From the NCBI GenBank assembly GCA_964016885.1, contig OZ024741.1, positions 86,180,001 to 86,244,000 on the forward strand: a stretch of DNA of 64,000 bases. The letters are read 5' to 3'. Numbering within the stretch: the stretch's first letter is position 1; each line of letters begins with the position of its first letter. Below are positions 37,913-51,510 of this stretch, piece after piece. A program made the position numbers and the translations under genes. The notes under the pieces were generated by a model. That model saw only the letters and a list, made by a program, of their open reading frames with translations, had not been told where the DNA came from and ran no database searches. Source of the stretch: Eledone cirrhosa (taxonomy: Eukaryota).

Positions 37913-39712
37913 ATAATATAGATATGGAATGAAAATGAGTTAAATAATAAAATGAAATGAAATAGAATAGAATATATTAATAAAGTAAAATTAAGCCGGC
38001 GTTTGTGGCCAATCAAGGTAGTGTTGTAAATGATAAGGGATACTGGTAGACCTTTTTTTAGGTTTATGCATACAGGAGTTCAAAGCTGGCCCAGTGGAGA
38101 GTAATATTACCAACTTCTCTGCTATGCAGAAATTGGATACTCCAAAACATTGATACTCAGTTGCCTGAGGATTGGTAAAGAGAAACTCTGAGTAGTGACC
38201 CACGAAAAGGCCTACCTTTGAATATACATATAAACACACACACATATATAGTGAATGATGTAATACAAAAACAAAAAAAAACATCAAGGCATAAAACGGT
38301 ACAAGTTGAGAATTTTAGTTTAGCACTCAGGAAATGAGTGTTAAAAAAGTCAGTGCATAACGTTTCGGGTTATGTCTTTCTTCGGAAAGTAGAGAAAAAA
38401 TAAAAAATGCAGGAAAACAAAAAAAAAATGAAGAAAAAGCAAGAGAAAATAGAGTCAAGTGTCTATATATAGACAGTAATCCCTTGCTTAACAGGGCTTC
38501 ATTTAACACGCTTTGCAGATTGCATGCCCTTTATTATCTAACACAGGTGGATTCTACTTAACACAGTCCTAGCAACGCCAGGCAATGCTTTTATTAAGTG
38601 TGGTTACCGTGGCATAAACGCCAGCCACCTGCCAACACTTGTCACATGCACCAATTACATCACCAGTTTGTCTTCAGCTGCTCATGTTATTTTCTCTCCC
38701 TCTCACACATCACATACTTTTCTTCAAGCTTTCTAAAGCACTTTTGCCCATTACATAAGGAAAAAAAGGACAGATGGCCTCATTTTCAACTGCATTTTGG
38801 AATAAAAATGAGTTTATGATTGAAATAGAACTCTTTTTACTGATTTGGATGAAAGATTGCAGCTAGAACCACATTTTGCTAAGTACCCATACTATTAAAA
38901 GAAAATCTTTACGCCTTTTCTTCACTTTGAAAAGAGTCAGATAAAAGGATTTTATAGGTAGCTCTGGCTGGTTTAAACAATTTAAAATGTGGACTGGATT
39001 GCATAATGTTAGAATTAAAGCTGCTAAGAAAAAGAAAATTTAAAGAGAATTTTTAAAAATTGTAAAAGGAGAAATCTATGATGGGCAAAGACCCCCTTCG
39101 GTCACGAATGACCATGGGATTGGCACATAGAAAGTTCCCTCCGAAGCACAAGTCTGGGCAAGGTTGTTTGTGGAAGACCAACAGTCACCCATGCATACCA
39201 GCCTTCCCTCTCCACACCAGCGATGTTGTCCAAGGGAAAGGCAAAGACCGATACAGCTTGGCACCAGTGATGTCGCAACTCATTTCTACCGCTGAGTAAA
39301 CTGGAGCAATGTGAAATAAAGTGTCTTACTCAAGGACACAACGCATCACAATTGAGTTCACAATCTTACAATTGCAAGCCCAATGCTCCAACCATTAAGC
39401 CATAGGTAGATATTTAATATTGTTAAAACTGCTTTATTTTGACTTGAGTGAAAATGGTTCAACATATAAAGTGGTCATACTGATGCCATAACAAAAATCA
39501 CCCAGTCTACACTGTAAGGTAGTAGTGCAGGTATTACAAAAGAAATAAACAACAAAAAAAAATCCCAGTACACACTGTAAAGTGGTTGGCACTAGGAAGG
39601 ATATCCAACCATAGATAACCCAGCCAAAAACAGATTGTATGAGCAAGACATGGTCATATGACCTATCTACCTTCATTATGTGACAGCCTTATATATATGC
39701 TGTATATATTAT

Positions 39713-40440
39713 ATCATCATCACCATTTAATGTCCATTTTCCACGCTAACATGAGTTAGACGAGTTGTCCTGTTGTGAGATAGGCCAGGTCAGGTGACCA
39801 TGTCTTGCTCATACAGAACTGATTTGGGCTTGGTTTCTACTGGTGGATGCCCTTCCTAATGTCAACCACATTTAGATTGAGTACTGGGTGGTTTTTGTCA
39901 TGACACCTACATAGCCACTTTACAGTGTGGGTTGGGAACTTTGGGGGGAGAGGTGTGGGTGATGGGCAGAGTGTTAGGATGTGGAAGGGGAATGGAGGTG
40001 AAGGTGGAGCACACTCGATGTACGTTTCAGCTTGTGCACATGGGAGATGTATGGGTGGGGGGATGTAATTGAAGGTAGTGCATACTGTATGTATGCTTCA
40101 GCCAGTGCTCATGGGAAGACGGGTCTTCTGTATTACTGCATAATGCCAGAAATCTCTGTCCTGTGAAAAGTGCAATTGTGCAAGGTCAGCTTTTATCACC
40201 TCATCTCAAGTCTTCCTATTCCATAGCTTCCATCAACTTTGAACGTTCTGCACCTTTTTATACAGCTGTCATCCTTCATACACATCACATTTCCATACCA
40301 ACGCAATCTCTTGCACACTGCATCTGATTACTCTTATGCCCAGTTTTTCTCTCAGTTCATTTATGCTTTGCCGTTCATGTATATTACTATTACACATCCA
40401 TCGAAGCATGTAATCTTCGCACAGTGCTGAGGCCTCAATA
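39713..40440 (-). mobile_element. Decayed RTE 3' fragment
   Basis: MLRWMCNSNIHERQSINELREKLGIR; RTE 3' UTR and tail. Confidence 0.85.
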
Positions 40441-40654
40441 CCCTGCAACATTGGTGTTTGCATGTTCGCATCATACAATATATATATATATGTATATATG
40501 TATGTATATATATATACATATATTTATATATATATATGTGAGTGTGTGTTTGTATATATAAGTGACTGCTGGCCATTTTTTTCTGCATTTATTATTTATA
40601 CCAATTGACTTTTGTTACACTTATCTTCTGCATTTGGGATTCCCACATTTTCAA

Positions 40655-40704
<50 letters not shown>

Positions 40705-40712
<8 letters not shown>

Positions 40713-41212
40713 ATACTTTGGGAGGGTCATGTTGCCAATAAGAAACACACGCACCAGTTGCTTTCACTTCAATTTATTATAAATTAAATTTATAAATTTT
40801 CGGTTATTGGTTGGTTCCACAACCAGACGATTGTTCATATATTGTCAAAGTTCTTTCGTCACACATTCTGTGACCTCTTCAGTGACTGGGGATTCTTTTC
40901 TTTGTGTGTGTGCCTCTCCTTTGTTCTGTCCTACGCCATCTTGTTTTTGTGTAGGACAAGATGGCGTAGGATAAAACTAAGGAGAGGCACAAAAACAAAG
41001 AAAAGAATCCCCAGTCACTGAAGAGGTCACAGGATGTGTGACAAAAGAACTTTGACAATATATGAACAATCGTCTGGTTGTGGAACCAACCAACCAACCG
41101 GAAATTTATAAATTCCTAAATTTATAAATTTAATTTATAATAAATTGAAGTGAAAGCAACTGGTGCGTGTGTTTCTTATTGGCAACATGACCCTCCCAAA
41201 GTATAACAATAT
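40705..41212. repeat. About 500-bp fold-back duplication of a Penelope-like terminus, one hammerhead per arm (40844-40886 -, 41014-41056 +)
   Basis: Arms ~245 bp; GTCA-CTGAAGA-G-GTCACA-loop-TGTGAC-GAAA-GAAC-TT-TGAC on the left arm; right arm has AAAA for GAAA. Confidence 0.85.
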
Positions 41213-41641
41213 CGGTTTCAACACACGTTTTCAGATAAAGAATCTTGCTAAACAAATTCAGAAACGAAATATATATATATATATATATATATATTATTAT
41301 TATTATCCTGCCGAGGTTAACTTTACCTTTATCCTTACGGGGTCGATAAAATATGCACTGGGTAATTGCTGGCCTTGTGCCAAAAAGTAGAAATAATAAT
41401 AATAATAATAATTATTATTATTATTGAATGCTATGGTTGATGGAGGCTCGGCTCTGTAAGGTATTGTAAATTTTGAACGCTATAACAATTGTAAATTGTT
41501 TAAAACTTTAACGAACTTGTAGACAAAAACACCCTCCTCCTCGTGAGAGGGGTCTTTCTGCCCGTTATTTGGCCCTTCGGGGTTAAATAACTGCTTATTG
41601 GGGTTTTGTACCCAATATTTATTTTAAACAAAAAAAATAAC

Positions 41642-43746
41642 ATGGCTACGAAAAAGAATTTTCATAGGTCACTCCCACTCATTCCGTCTTCTTCTTCCTC
41701 AATCATCACTACAGCAGAGAGAAGATTGTCTCTCTCCCTCCCTTCTTTAAATGTGTCTCTCTCCCTCCCTTCTCTTTCGCAAGCAACGACAGAAAAGAAA
41801 AGTCTCGTGCAAAGCGTGCAAGATTTCTCCATGACGACGACGACAACGACGAAACAGGTGTGCGGGAAATACGAAAACCCATTTCATTCGTCTGACGTCA
41901 GGAATAATAGCAGTAGCAGCCGTAATAACAACAGCAACAGTAACAATGAAACCAACAGTAGCAGCCGCAACAGCATCACCAGTAGCATAAACAACAACAG
42001 CATTAGCAGCAGCAACACCAACAACAACCACAGCAACAGCGGCGGAGGCAGTAGTCGTAGTACCTGCAGCAACAACAAAAGTAACAGCAGCTCTGACGAC
42101 AACAACAACAACAGCAGCAAAGAAAAACCAATCTCATTTGCAGGTATTGCGAAGAACCTGGAAACAATCCTCATAACAAATGAGGAATTAGAGGAAGTGA
42201 AGAAGATGGTGACAAAGACTGGACACCGAGCAATCTGCAAGGCAGCGGAAAAACTTTTCGAAACCCAACAGCACTGTACGGTCACGTACCGTACAGTAAG
42301 TACAAAATCCCGTAGGGTTGAAAGAGCCACAGAGGCTCAAATACAAAAAGCCTTGAGGTCTGTGTGGCAGCGGAAAACGCACATCACCCGAGGCAAAAAA
42401 TATGCCACCGTAGACGTACTTTTTGCCACACCCCAGGAGGCAAAGGCTCAATCCGTAGTGACCCTAAGGAGCGAGGAAATGGTGTTGGTGCCCTCCTACT
42501 GCGGGCAAAAAATTGTGAGGGTCAAACTGACCCACGTCCCCCCCGGGATGGCCCCTTCTTGGCTGGCCGCGTCTGTCCTCGTCGGAATCGAGGACAAAAC
42601 AACTGTACTGCAAGTACAGAAAAAAGTAAGAGAAGATTGGGTGTCGGCACCTCCATTGAGATGCTAATCCAAACCAACCAGGAGTGCATCGAAGCTATCC
42701 CGGATGTGATAGACTTCGATAACGGCACTCAACTGCCCATAAGTGTTGAGGGCAAACGCCCAAAATGCTTTCACTGTGGATCGAAGACTCACCTCAGGGC
42801 CTTCTGCAACGAGAAGACCCTGAGAAAGGAGAAAACCCCCCTTCTTCCGAAACCGGCTCCACGGCTACCAGCAACAGGACAAGCGGCAACCAGGAACGAT
42901 AGGTCCGTGGCACCCATACCCACGCCACGGAAATCAAAAACAGCAGCAGCAGTGGAAATATTAACAACAACAACAGCAATACCAAATGCAGCTGCAACAG
43001 AGACTCCAGTGCAAACATCACCAACAACAACAAGTGAAAGAGTGGAGCTGGTACCCCTCCCCGACCTCACAGAATCAGACATGGAGTGTGAGGTGGGAGA
43101 GGGATGGCAAAAGGTCGTAAGAAGGCACAAACGCAGAAGCAGCGCATCGTCGCCTTTGAAAAGGGAGGAAAGAAATGAGAAAAGGGTAAAGTCTACTGCA
43201 AAGAGACTCACAGCAGCAACACCACCAACACCATCACCACCCACACTAGCACCACCATCACCACCGGCGACAACCCCACCGCCAACAACACCTTCAACAC
43301 CACCACCACAAGCACCAACATCGCAAACACAACAACAAAACACACACACCCAGCAACAACGACAAGAAAATAGCAGAACCACACCCCACCCCCAGAAAAA
43401 CAAATGCACGGCAATAAATACACACAACAAGAAACTAATGACTTACATAATTGAACACACAGACAGTTCACAACACTACTACATAATACCAGCACCAATC
43501 AAAACGCCAACTAACATAAGACTGCTAAAAATAGCACAGAAACAATACACAAACATTAAAACGAAATTCCTCAACGCAGTTGGTGATTTCAGGGACCTAG
43601 GAGGAACTATCAATCGAAGAGTATATTCGGACATACTCATAGAAGAGCCGACGACCAGCCGAAGGGACGATTCAACGGTCCCTTCACCAGACGATCAAGT
43701 GAAAAGGGATGTAAAAACCATCCCTCCTCTACAAAAAGTACGGTAA
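41642..43746 (+). pseudogene. Tx1-type ORF1 with CCHC knuckle and Asn/Ser- and Pro/Thr-rich tracts; one frameshift near 42640
   Basis: ORFs 41606-42667 and 42364-43746 join near EDW/GVGTSIEM; EGKRPKCFHCGSKTHLRAFC. Confidence 0.8.
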
Positions 43747-43781
43747 GTGGTCTTTCCCATCTTTTCCACTCTATTTTAAAC

Positions 43782-46700
43782 ATGACCTCACTCAGAATAG
43801 GCAGCATAAATGCGCGTGGCTTGGGGTCGTCATGGAAGCAGGGTCACCTGCTCAACGACCTCAGGTCACTAAACATAGATGTAGTGGCCATCAGCGAGAC
43901 CAGAATCTCCGAAGCACGGGCCTTCACACCGATCTTAGGCGGTTACGATGTGTACGCATCTCCCAGCCGTCCTGGATCGGGGGGAGGAGTTGCTGTGCTT
44001 TATCGGAGAGGTTTGGATCTCGCCATACGGGCCATCTTCCTGGACCCAGAGGGTAAGCTGGTGGTGCTGGACGTGACCAGCGGAGACGGGCAAGCTTTCA
44101 GGCTAGTGGCCGTCTATGCCCCAACAGGAGCAGGGCGGCCTGATTTCTTCCGGCGTCTGGAGACCTTTCTTGGAACGTCCCACTCTTTAGTGTTAGTGGG
44201 CTACTGGAACGGGATCTTAGATGCACGCTGGGACTGTGTGGGATTAGCGGATAGGGGTGGAGGGTGCAAGAGCCTCACCAACCTGCTTAGGCGTTTTGAA
44301 CTGTCTGACAGGTACCGATTGGATTTCCCGAATGTGCCAATGTGGACTTGGACAAATCGCATAGGGTCATCCAGATCATATCTAGATAGAGTATTTTGTA
44401 GGGAAATAGATAGGTCTAGCATAGGCTGTCCACAATTCAAGATAGTCAGCTACACGGACCACAAATTCATGATCTGTGTGCTTGACTTAGATAGGCTTCA
44501 TAGACGAGGACCCGGCTACTGGAAGCTAAACGCGTCCTTACCAGCGCGCAAGGCCTACAGAGACCGGATTAGCGAACTAGTTAAGCGGGCGTTGACGGGG
44601 GCCATCGTCAACAACAAGTGGTGGTTTGCTCTGAAAAGAGCGATTAGAATAGAATCCATTAGGTTTAGTAAGGCTTTAGCAATAGAGAAAAATAGAGCAG
44701 AGGGAGAACTAGTTAGAAAATTAGACGAGGCGCTTAGCAAAGGCATTGCGACTGACGTGCTTGCGGCGAAATTGGCCCTTGACCAATTCTTCAATGCAAA
44801 GCACGAAGGCTGCGTTGTCAGAACAAGGGTGCGTGCTCTCAGACACGAGGGGACGAAAGCCGTCCAATGGGCCCGTGGCGGAGGCGCGTCGTGGCAACAA
44901 AGCCACGATCCGGTCTTTGGTGGACCACGACGGGCGCATGCTACTCGATCCCGGGCAAATGTGTGAAGCTTTTCAGCGACACTTCGCTCAGCTGTTCGGG
45001 GGCAGCGATGGGCCGAGTCGAGGGATGGACTTTAGTGTCTACCTCGACGGACTGCCGCGACTCTCGGCCACTGAGGCGAAGTGTTGCGAAAAGCCGATAA
45101 CAGCCGCTGAAGTAAGGGAGGCAATGACTGGCTGCACAAGGGGTAAATCGCCTGGTTTGGATGGTCTGCCCTATGAACTTTACGTACAGATGCCAGACTT
45201 GTTCGGAGGCCTCTTGGCGGACGTCTACTGCAACTGGCAACAGAACGGGAGAATTCCCAGTTCTGTGAGCCGAGGAGCGGTGGCATTGCTGAGAAAGGAT
45301 CCGAACAAGGGGGATAACATAGATAATTTCCGGCCCATAACTCTGCTAAACACAGAGTTCAAGATTTTGGCCAAGGTGCTAGCAAAGAGGTTGGCGCTTG
45401 TCGTTGGTGGTCTGGTGGGAGAGGCGCAGACATGCGCCATTCCCGACAACCTCCACCTCATGCGATACATCGTAGAGAGGGTAGCTAGGGAACCTGGCAC
45501 GGGTGGGTCCTTGATCAATTTAGATCAGTCGAAAGCTTTCGATAGAGTCGACCATCGTTACCTAGCGGCAGTCCTGAGGGCGGCTGGCTTTGGGCCCGTC
45601 TTCAGAGGCTGGATCGCTGCCATGCACAGCGACATCTGCTCTGTGGTGAGAGTGAATGGTCACCTGTCGGAACCGTTCAACATCATGCGCTCGGTCCGCC
45701 AAGGATGTCCCCTCTCGTCCCTCTTGTACGTATTGACTCTTGAGCCATTACTGCACAAACTGGAGATGTTGAGGGGCGTCCCGCGCGAACTAGGATGCGG
45801 AAGATCCGTGTCAGCATATGCGGACGATGTCACCGTAGTGGTGTCGAACGCGAAACACATCGAGGCGATCGGCACTACACTAAGAGAATACGAAGCGGTG
45901 ACAGGAGCAATGATCAACCAGGAAAAGTCAGTGGGCCTGCAGCTCGGCACCTGGACGGACGGACCGGTTAAATTGCTAGGGGTCTGGTTCGGTCCGGACC
46001 TCCAGACGGACAAAAACTGGGACGAGGTGACGAGCAGGGTGGCTTCTCTCACCCAGAAATGGGCGGAGAGGAAGCTATCCCTGAAAGGTCGAGCGGAGGT
46101 GGCTAACGCGTACATCGCGTCTGTCATCTGCTACCGCCTGACCGTCGTACCTTGTCCTAAGCCTCGCCTGACTGCGCTGGAGCGTTTGCTCTTTCGCTTT
46201 TTGTGGAAGGGACGCGCTCCGATGGTCAGGCGGTCCATCTGTTGTCAACACCCGCTACGTGGAGGGCTGGACATGCCATGGCTGATGATGCGCAGGCACG
46301 CGCTCAGGCTACAACATCTCCACCTCTTCCTCGACGGTGATCAGATGTGGTCGCCGTTTGCTAGACACGTATTTCCCCAGCTCGTTTCCTTGACGGAGCT
46401 GCAGTCCTGGGTCAAGCGAAGACCGAGAGGGAGCGCCTGGAGACTGGAATGTCTTCAGGCGCTCACAGCCCTCGACCAATCGGGCAATGTGATCGGTGGA
46501 AACTCCACCTCGGCGTTCTATAGAGGATTAGTGCAGGGGAAGAGCGATGATGTACTTGGGGAAACTCTAGGCATCGACGAAAATCAACTAGCCAATCTCT
46601 TCGGAAGAACTTTCGGGCCGGGGCCTATGGACAACTTCCAGAAATCTCTGGCCTGGCAGTGCTACCGAGGAGCCTTGCCAGTTCGGGATAAACTCTATAG

Positions 46701-47109
46701 GCATGGAGGTGCTGTCAGCCGGGCATGTCCGAGATGCGCGCAGGGCGACGAAACTGTCCTGCACGCACTCGTCCAGTGTCCGAAAATTGCTGACTTGTGG
46801 GTTTATGTCGAACACCTGCTGTCGCGTTTAGGACGGATCTGGCTATCATCTGAGTCCATCGTGAGGATTGCCCCGCCCTCCTCCTTTAGCCGGGAAGGGC
46901 AGGCAGTTTTTATCTGTCTGGTGGCCATGGCGAAAGAGATAGTATGGTGGACACGTTTGAAAGGGCTGAAGACGAGCACTTACCTCTTCGGTGATGCTCT
47001 GATTGACTTTTTCAAATTTCATTTGAAAAGGAAAATCAGAGTAGAGAGGGAAGTGCTCTCTTCCCAGCATTTTGTTGAAAGATGGGTGAGAGAAGCAAGA
47101 ATGGCCTGA
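43782..47109 (+). pseudogene. Tx1-type ORF2 (APE-RT-CCHC); frameshift near 44875, GDxN motif reads GYWN
   Basis: SINARGL, ISETR, SYLDR, TDH, GYWKLN, KSPGLDG, FRPITLLN, DQSKAFD, AYADD, CPRC..ETVLHALVQC. Confidence 0.92.
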
Positions 47110-47390
47110 GTGAATGGGCCTACTCTGAGCATATATCTGTAAATTAAAGGTGGAAAACTGGGAGAGGGCACTTGCCTTGGTGGTCAGGGTCATTGTGGCT
47201 TTTTACTGGGCTTTCTCCACAAATGTCCCTCCGAAGTCTCCCCCCTATTGGGGAATTTTTCATTGTTATTTTTTGTTACATCCTCTGTTTTTGTTTTTTA
47301 CACGCAGAAATGCCCATTTGTACCGTCCTGCATTGTCCTGCACTGTCCTTAATGTCTACTTTATGTAAACCCTTGTGGTTAATAAAGAAA

Positions 47391-47439
<49 letters not shown>

Positions 47440-47612
47440 TGTTCTTTGAGTCTCAGTCATTGATGTTAGTTAACTGGAAAGTTTGTTGAAATGAATATCA
47501 AGCCACTACCTGCAGCCTCAGATATTCAGGACGCATCGGAGGGTTCTTGCTGTTCCCAGCAAGCATGCCTTTTGAAGCGTTCCAAAAAGCGGGGTGGGGC
47601 CAATTTTCTTTA
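47440..47612 (-). mobile_element. Short 3' end of a Dong/R4-type LINE in the same (TAA)n/(ATT)n tract
   Basis: Minus LQKACLLGTARTLRCVLNI*, 3' UTR homologous to 31200-31330. Confidence 0.82.
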
Positions 47613-47675
<63 letters not shown>

Positions 47676-47714
47676 CATCACCATTATGAGATATATATAT
47701 ATATATATAAGTTG

Positions 47715-50075
47715 ACAGCTGTGTGATAGATAAAGCAATTAAGGACATGAAAGTATGGAAGGCAACTGGTATAGTAGCCGAGATGCTATAAACAACTGGC
47801 ATTGTAGGTTATGAACTAGTCGGATACATAATTAATCAAGTAGTACAGGGTGGAGTCATATTCAATGACTAGTGCAACAGTATCATTGTAAACTGCTATA
47901 AGAGCGAAGGAGATGCATTAGAATGAAATAACTACAGAGACATCAAGATGGGCAGCATATAGTGATGGTGGAAATAGCTACTAAGAAAGTGATAGTGGAA
48001 GAAGGAGGCGTGTGGACGGATCAGGTCATACTTTATGCAGCTTAGTAGGTCTTCGCCAGTACAGCATGTTACCGATCCTCATGACCCTTTTTGATAAATA
48101 TATCTCATCATAATCATCATTGTCCCCATTTAATGTCTATTTTCCATGCTTGCATGGGTTAGATGGGCTGTTGTGTGCTGAGGCTGGACTGGTCAGGTGA
48201 CTAGGTCTTGCCCATATGCCTCATTTTGTCTTGGTTTCTATGTTTGGATGCCCTTCCAAGTACTGACTTTATAGTGTGTACTGGGATCATGGATTCTATG
48301 GTTGAATGCCCTTCCTAATACCAATCACTTTACAGCATTTACTGGGAGCATTTTATTGCGACTCTGACACAATCATCTTACAGGGTGGACTGACTGCTTT
48401 TTGTCATGGTACCAGCACCACCACCTTACTGAGTGCTTTTCATTGTGACACTGGCTTTACATGGTGGGCTGGGTGCACTTTATCATGGCACCAGCATTAC
48501 CTCATTATAGCACTAAGGTATTCAGTGTCTTTGGTCTGGCTGAGAAGGCATTGGTGGTGGTTAGGGCTGAGGATGTTGGGGTGCAAACACCACACTGAGG
48601 GAGAACAGTGTCAGTCATGGTAGTGGCCTTGAAAGAAATAGATGGTGTTTCGCTTCCCTTGTTGGTCTAAATGTGTGTGTGTGATAGAGGGCATTTATGT
48701 GCTACTTGCAAAGTGGGGCGAGGTATTGGCACATGCTGTTTGACAGTATAAGGTGTACCTGGCTTTTTATGATGGCTTGGATTGAACAGGGAATGTGTGT
48801 TGGAAGTAGGGAGAGACAAGGGATCAGCAGGGAAATAGAATCACTTAAGTTTTGTTCTAGCTTCCCATGCTAGCATGGGCTGGACAAGGAAGTCAGGAGG
48901 GAAGGCCAGGTGAGTTTATTGTGCTGGAAAGGACCTGTCCAACCCATACAAGCATAGAAAAATGGTCATATAATGATGATGATAATATATATAACTACTA
49001 ACTAAACTTTTGCTTCATACTATATATATGAACTGGACCAGGAAGTGTATACTAAAAATAGTTTAGTCTATTATGTTAGTTATCTGTAAATCTTCATAAT
49101 CTTTAAATGTTATTTGAACTCTTGCCATCTTGTAAAAGCAGGTTTGTTAATTCAAATGTTTATAGTATCTTCAGCAGTGAACACATTGTTGTGAAAATTT
49201 GCAGTATTAAGATAATGACATTAATTCTTTGTGATGCAATCATAGTGATGTTTTGTACTTTTCAAGAATGTCCTGCTAATGTGGTTACATGTAGTTTGTT
49301 AATTTTAATGCTTATAATATATGTACTAGTGGATAGACTGTTGTGAACATTTGCAGTATTAGGTTAAAAAGTTTTATTTTTAATGTAATGTAGCCATAGT
49401 GTTCTATTGTACATTCTTTCAAGAATGTTTCGCTAATGTGGTTTCATGTGGTACAGGAGGTTAAGAGTTAAAGTCTCATACATTTTGATACCAGGAAGGC
49501 AATAATCAATGTCTAATTTAGCATTATTACCTTACCATGCCTTTCAAAGACACATCTAATGATTGAAACCACTTTTAAATTTTCTTTCAAATATTTTTTC
49601 CTCAATTTCTGTTTTTTAAAAAAGAAATAATTAAATCTAAAAGTTCTTGCCTAAATGCAAACATTTCAATAGTGTTTATATACATCTTCACCTCAGAATT
49701 TTAATTTTGTATTCCTGGTGCTTCAAGTATTTTGTCCAAATTATTCTCATTTCAATGAATTTGTATATTGTTTTATTTAGTTTATGGTATGGCCATGTGA
49801 TGAGTATGAAGATGGCAAGTAATCTGAATAGAAGGAAACTGCAAAAAGAAAAAAGAAAAAAGAAAAAAGAAAAAAGAAAAAAGAAAAAAGAAAAAAGAAA
49901 AAAGAAAAAAGAAGAAAGAAAAAAAAAAGAAATGAAGAAAACATGGGAAGAAGTGATGAAATCTGAACTCAGGATGCTGAATCTCACAAAGGAGATGGTA
50001 ACAGGCACCAACAAGTGGTGAAATGTCATACTGAAGAAAACTCATATAACCCATGGATGTAAAATGATGATTTTG
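47715..50075. mobile_element. Cluster of old RTE fragments (about 47715-47950 +, 48110-48500 -, 49780-50075 + with an A-rich AAAAAG repeat)
   Basis: IDKAIKDMK, IVNCYK; RTE tail motif GGATGCCCTTCC; LWYGHVM..KKTWEEV. Confidence 0.7.
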
Positions 50076-50530
50076 ATGGTCAAAGGTTTGATATATTTTA
50101 TCCAACTTATCATCATTACTATTATTTGGGGGGGGGGGGGGAACTTAACTTCCGGATGGAAGAAATTATTTTCATGGGTTGTTATATTTATTATGACAAA
50201 TTATTTAGAAATGTTGCTATAATTTTAAAATATAATTTTATCACTATTTTGTATGAAGCCTTCCTCACATATATATAAAAAAAGTAACTTTTGGTCATGA
50301 CTTACCATATGTTTGCATCTGGAAAGTTACAGCTTAAGTAAAGTGTTTTTGTGGAAGATCAGTAGTCATCAATGTATGCCAGTCTCCCTTCTCCATAACA
50401 CCAATGTTATCCAAAGGTCAATACAGTTTGTCACCAGTGATGTCACAGCTCATATACATGCTTTATATAACATCATATACATTATATGTGAAGTTGTTCA
50501 AAAGAGAGGTAAAAGGCTGATACAACTATA

Positions 50531-51175
50531 CTTCTTCTTCGTGTCATATTATATATTCACAATAGTTAAAGAGGCAGGTCAAGACAGGCGAGCCAGACTG
50601 AGTCATCATTTGCAGCATTATGGATTAGCTCAAGGCTGCCAGGAAAACATTTGAGGTGACAATCCTGAAAAACATGCAGTACTGTCTGGTCAGAGTCCCC
50701 ACAGTTACATGTTGAGCTGTCTTTAATTTTCCATCGATGGAGATGATGGGCTGTCCTGGCATGTGTTGTGTGGATCTGATTAAGGGTCACCCATTGCTTT
50801 CTGGGAAGGTCAAAGCCAGCTGGTATAGATGTGGGGTTCAGGACGAGGTCTTGGTTGGCAAATTTGCACTCATTCCAAGATCTTCACCATTCTTCCTTCA
50901 GATCAAAGTTATTGCCCTGAAGTCTTAATTGATTCCCAGAATGGTTTGCATGATTTCAAGCAAATGTTGGTAATGTTTTCCTGGTCGGGTCTGGACTTGG
51001 TAAGAAGTGCTATCTTGCAGTTCATCTGGCACCGCATGTGAGAAAGAGCTATATGAGAAAGGGTAGGCAGCCACTGAGTAGGTGTAGATTTCAGTGTGCC
51101 AGATACTATTCTCATTGCCGAATTGAGCATGGTGTCAACTTGCTTGGCATGGCTGGTCCTCGAGTATGCAAGTTT
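50531..51175 (-). mobile_element. Vingi/Ingi-like LINE 3' fragment with (GAA)n tail, inserted in a SINE
   Basis: LNSAMRIVSGTLKSTPTQWLPTLSHI; CNCGDSDQTVLHVFQDC. Confidence 0.72.
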
Positions 51176-51189
51176 TAAATGTTGTTGCA

Positions 51190-51510
51190 ACTCATATAGA
51201 TATTATATTGTTTCCAAGAGAAAGGCAAAGGCTGATACAACTTGGCATCAGTGACATCTCAACTATTATATACATTATATATAATGTTGTCCAAAGGAAA
51301 AGCAAAGGCTGATACAACTTGGCATCAGTGACATCACAACTAATATATACACTATATATAATGTTGTCCAAAGGAAAAGCAAAAGCTGATACAGCTTGGC
51401 ACCATTGACATCACAAATCATATATACACTATATATATAATGTTTTCCAAGAGAAAAGCAAAAGCTGATACAGCTTGGCACCAGTAACATCACAACTCAT
51501 TTTATCCAGA
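51190..51510. repeat. About four tandem ~75-bp units derived from a SINE body
   Basis: AATGTTGTCCAAAGGAAAAGCAAAGGCTGATACAACTTGGCATCAGTGACATCACAACT, homologous to 39222-39282. Confidence 0.85.

Larger units (their letters stand above)
41426..47392 (+). mobile_element. Near full-length Tx1/L1-group LINE inserted in (ATT)n
   Basis: 5' UTR, ORF1, ORF2, AATAAA at 47381; (ATT)n directly on both sides; visibly more GC-rich than the flanks. Confidence 0.92.

Noticed and set aside
38355-38390. Minus-strand CCGAAGA..GAAACGTT hammerhead-like core
   Set aside because: Stems I and II do not pair convincingly; at best a decayed relic
41532-41560. TCCTCGT as HDV L3 in the Tx1 5' UTR
   Set aside because: Could not build P1, P1.1 and P2
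41747-47193. Antisense ORFs within the Tx1 element, and likewise within the RTE
   Set aside because: Shadows of GC-rich or low-complexity sense ORFs
50300-50325. 13-nt minus-strand microexon with TTTCCAG and GTAAGT
   Set aside because: Lies within a decayed SINE; likely a chance match
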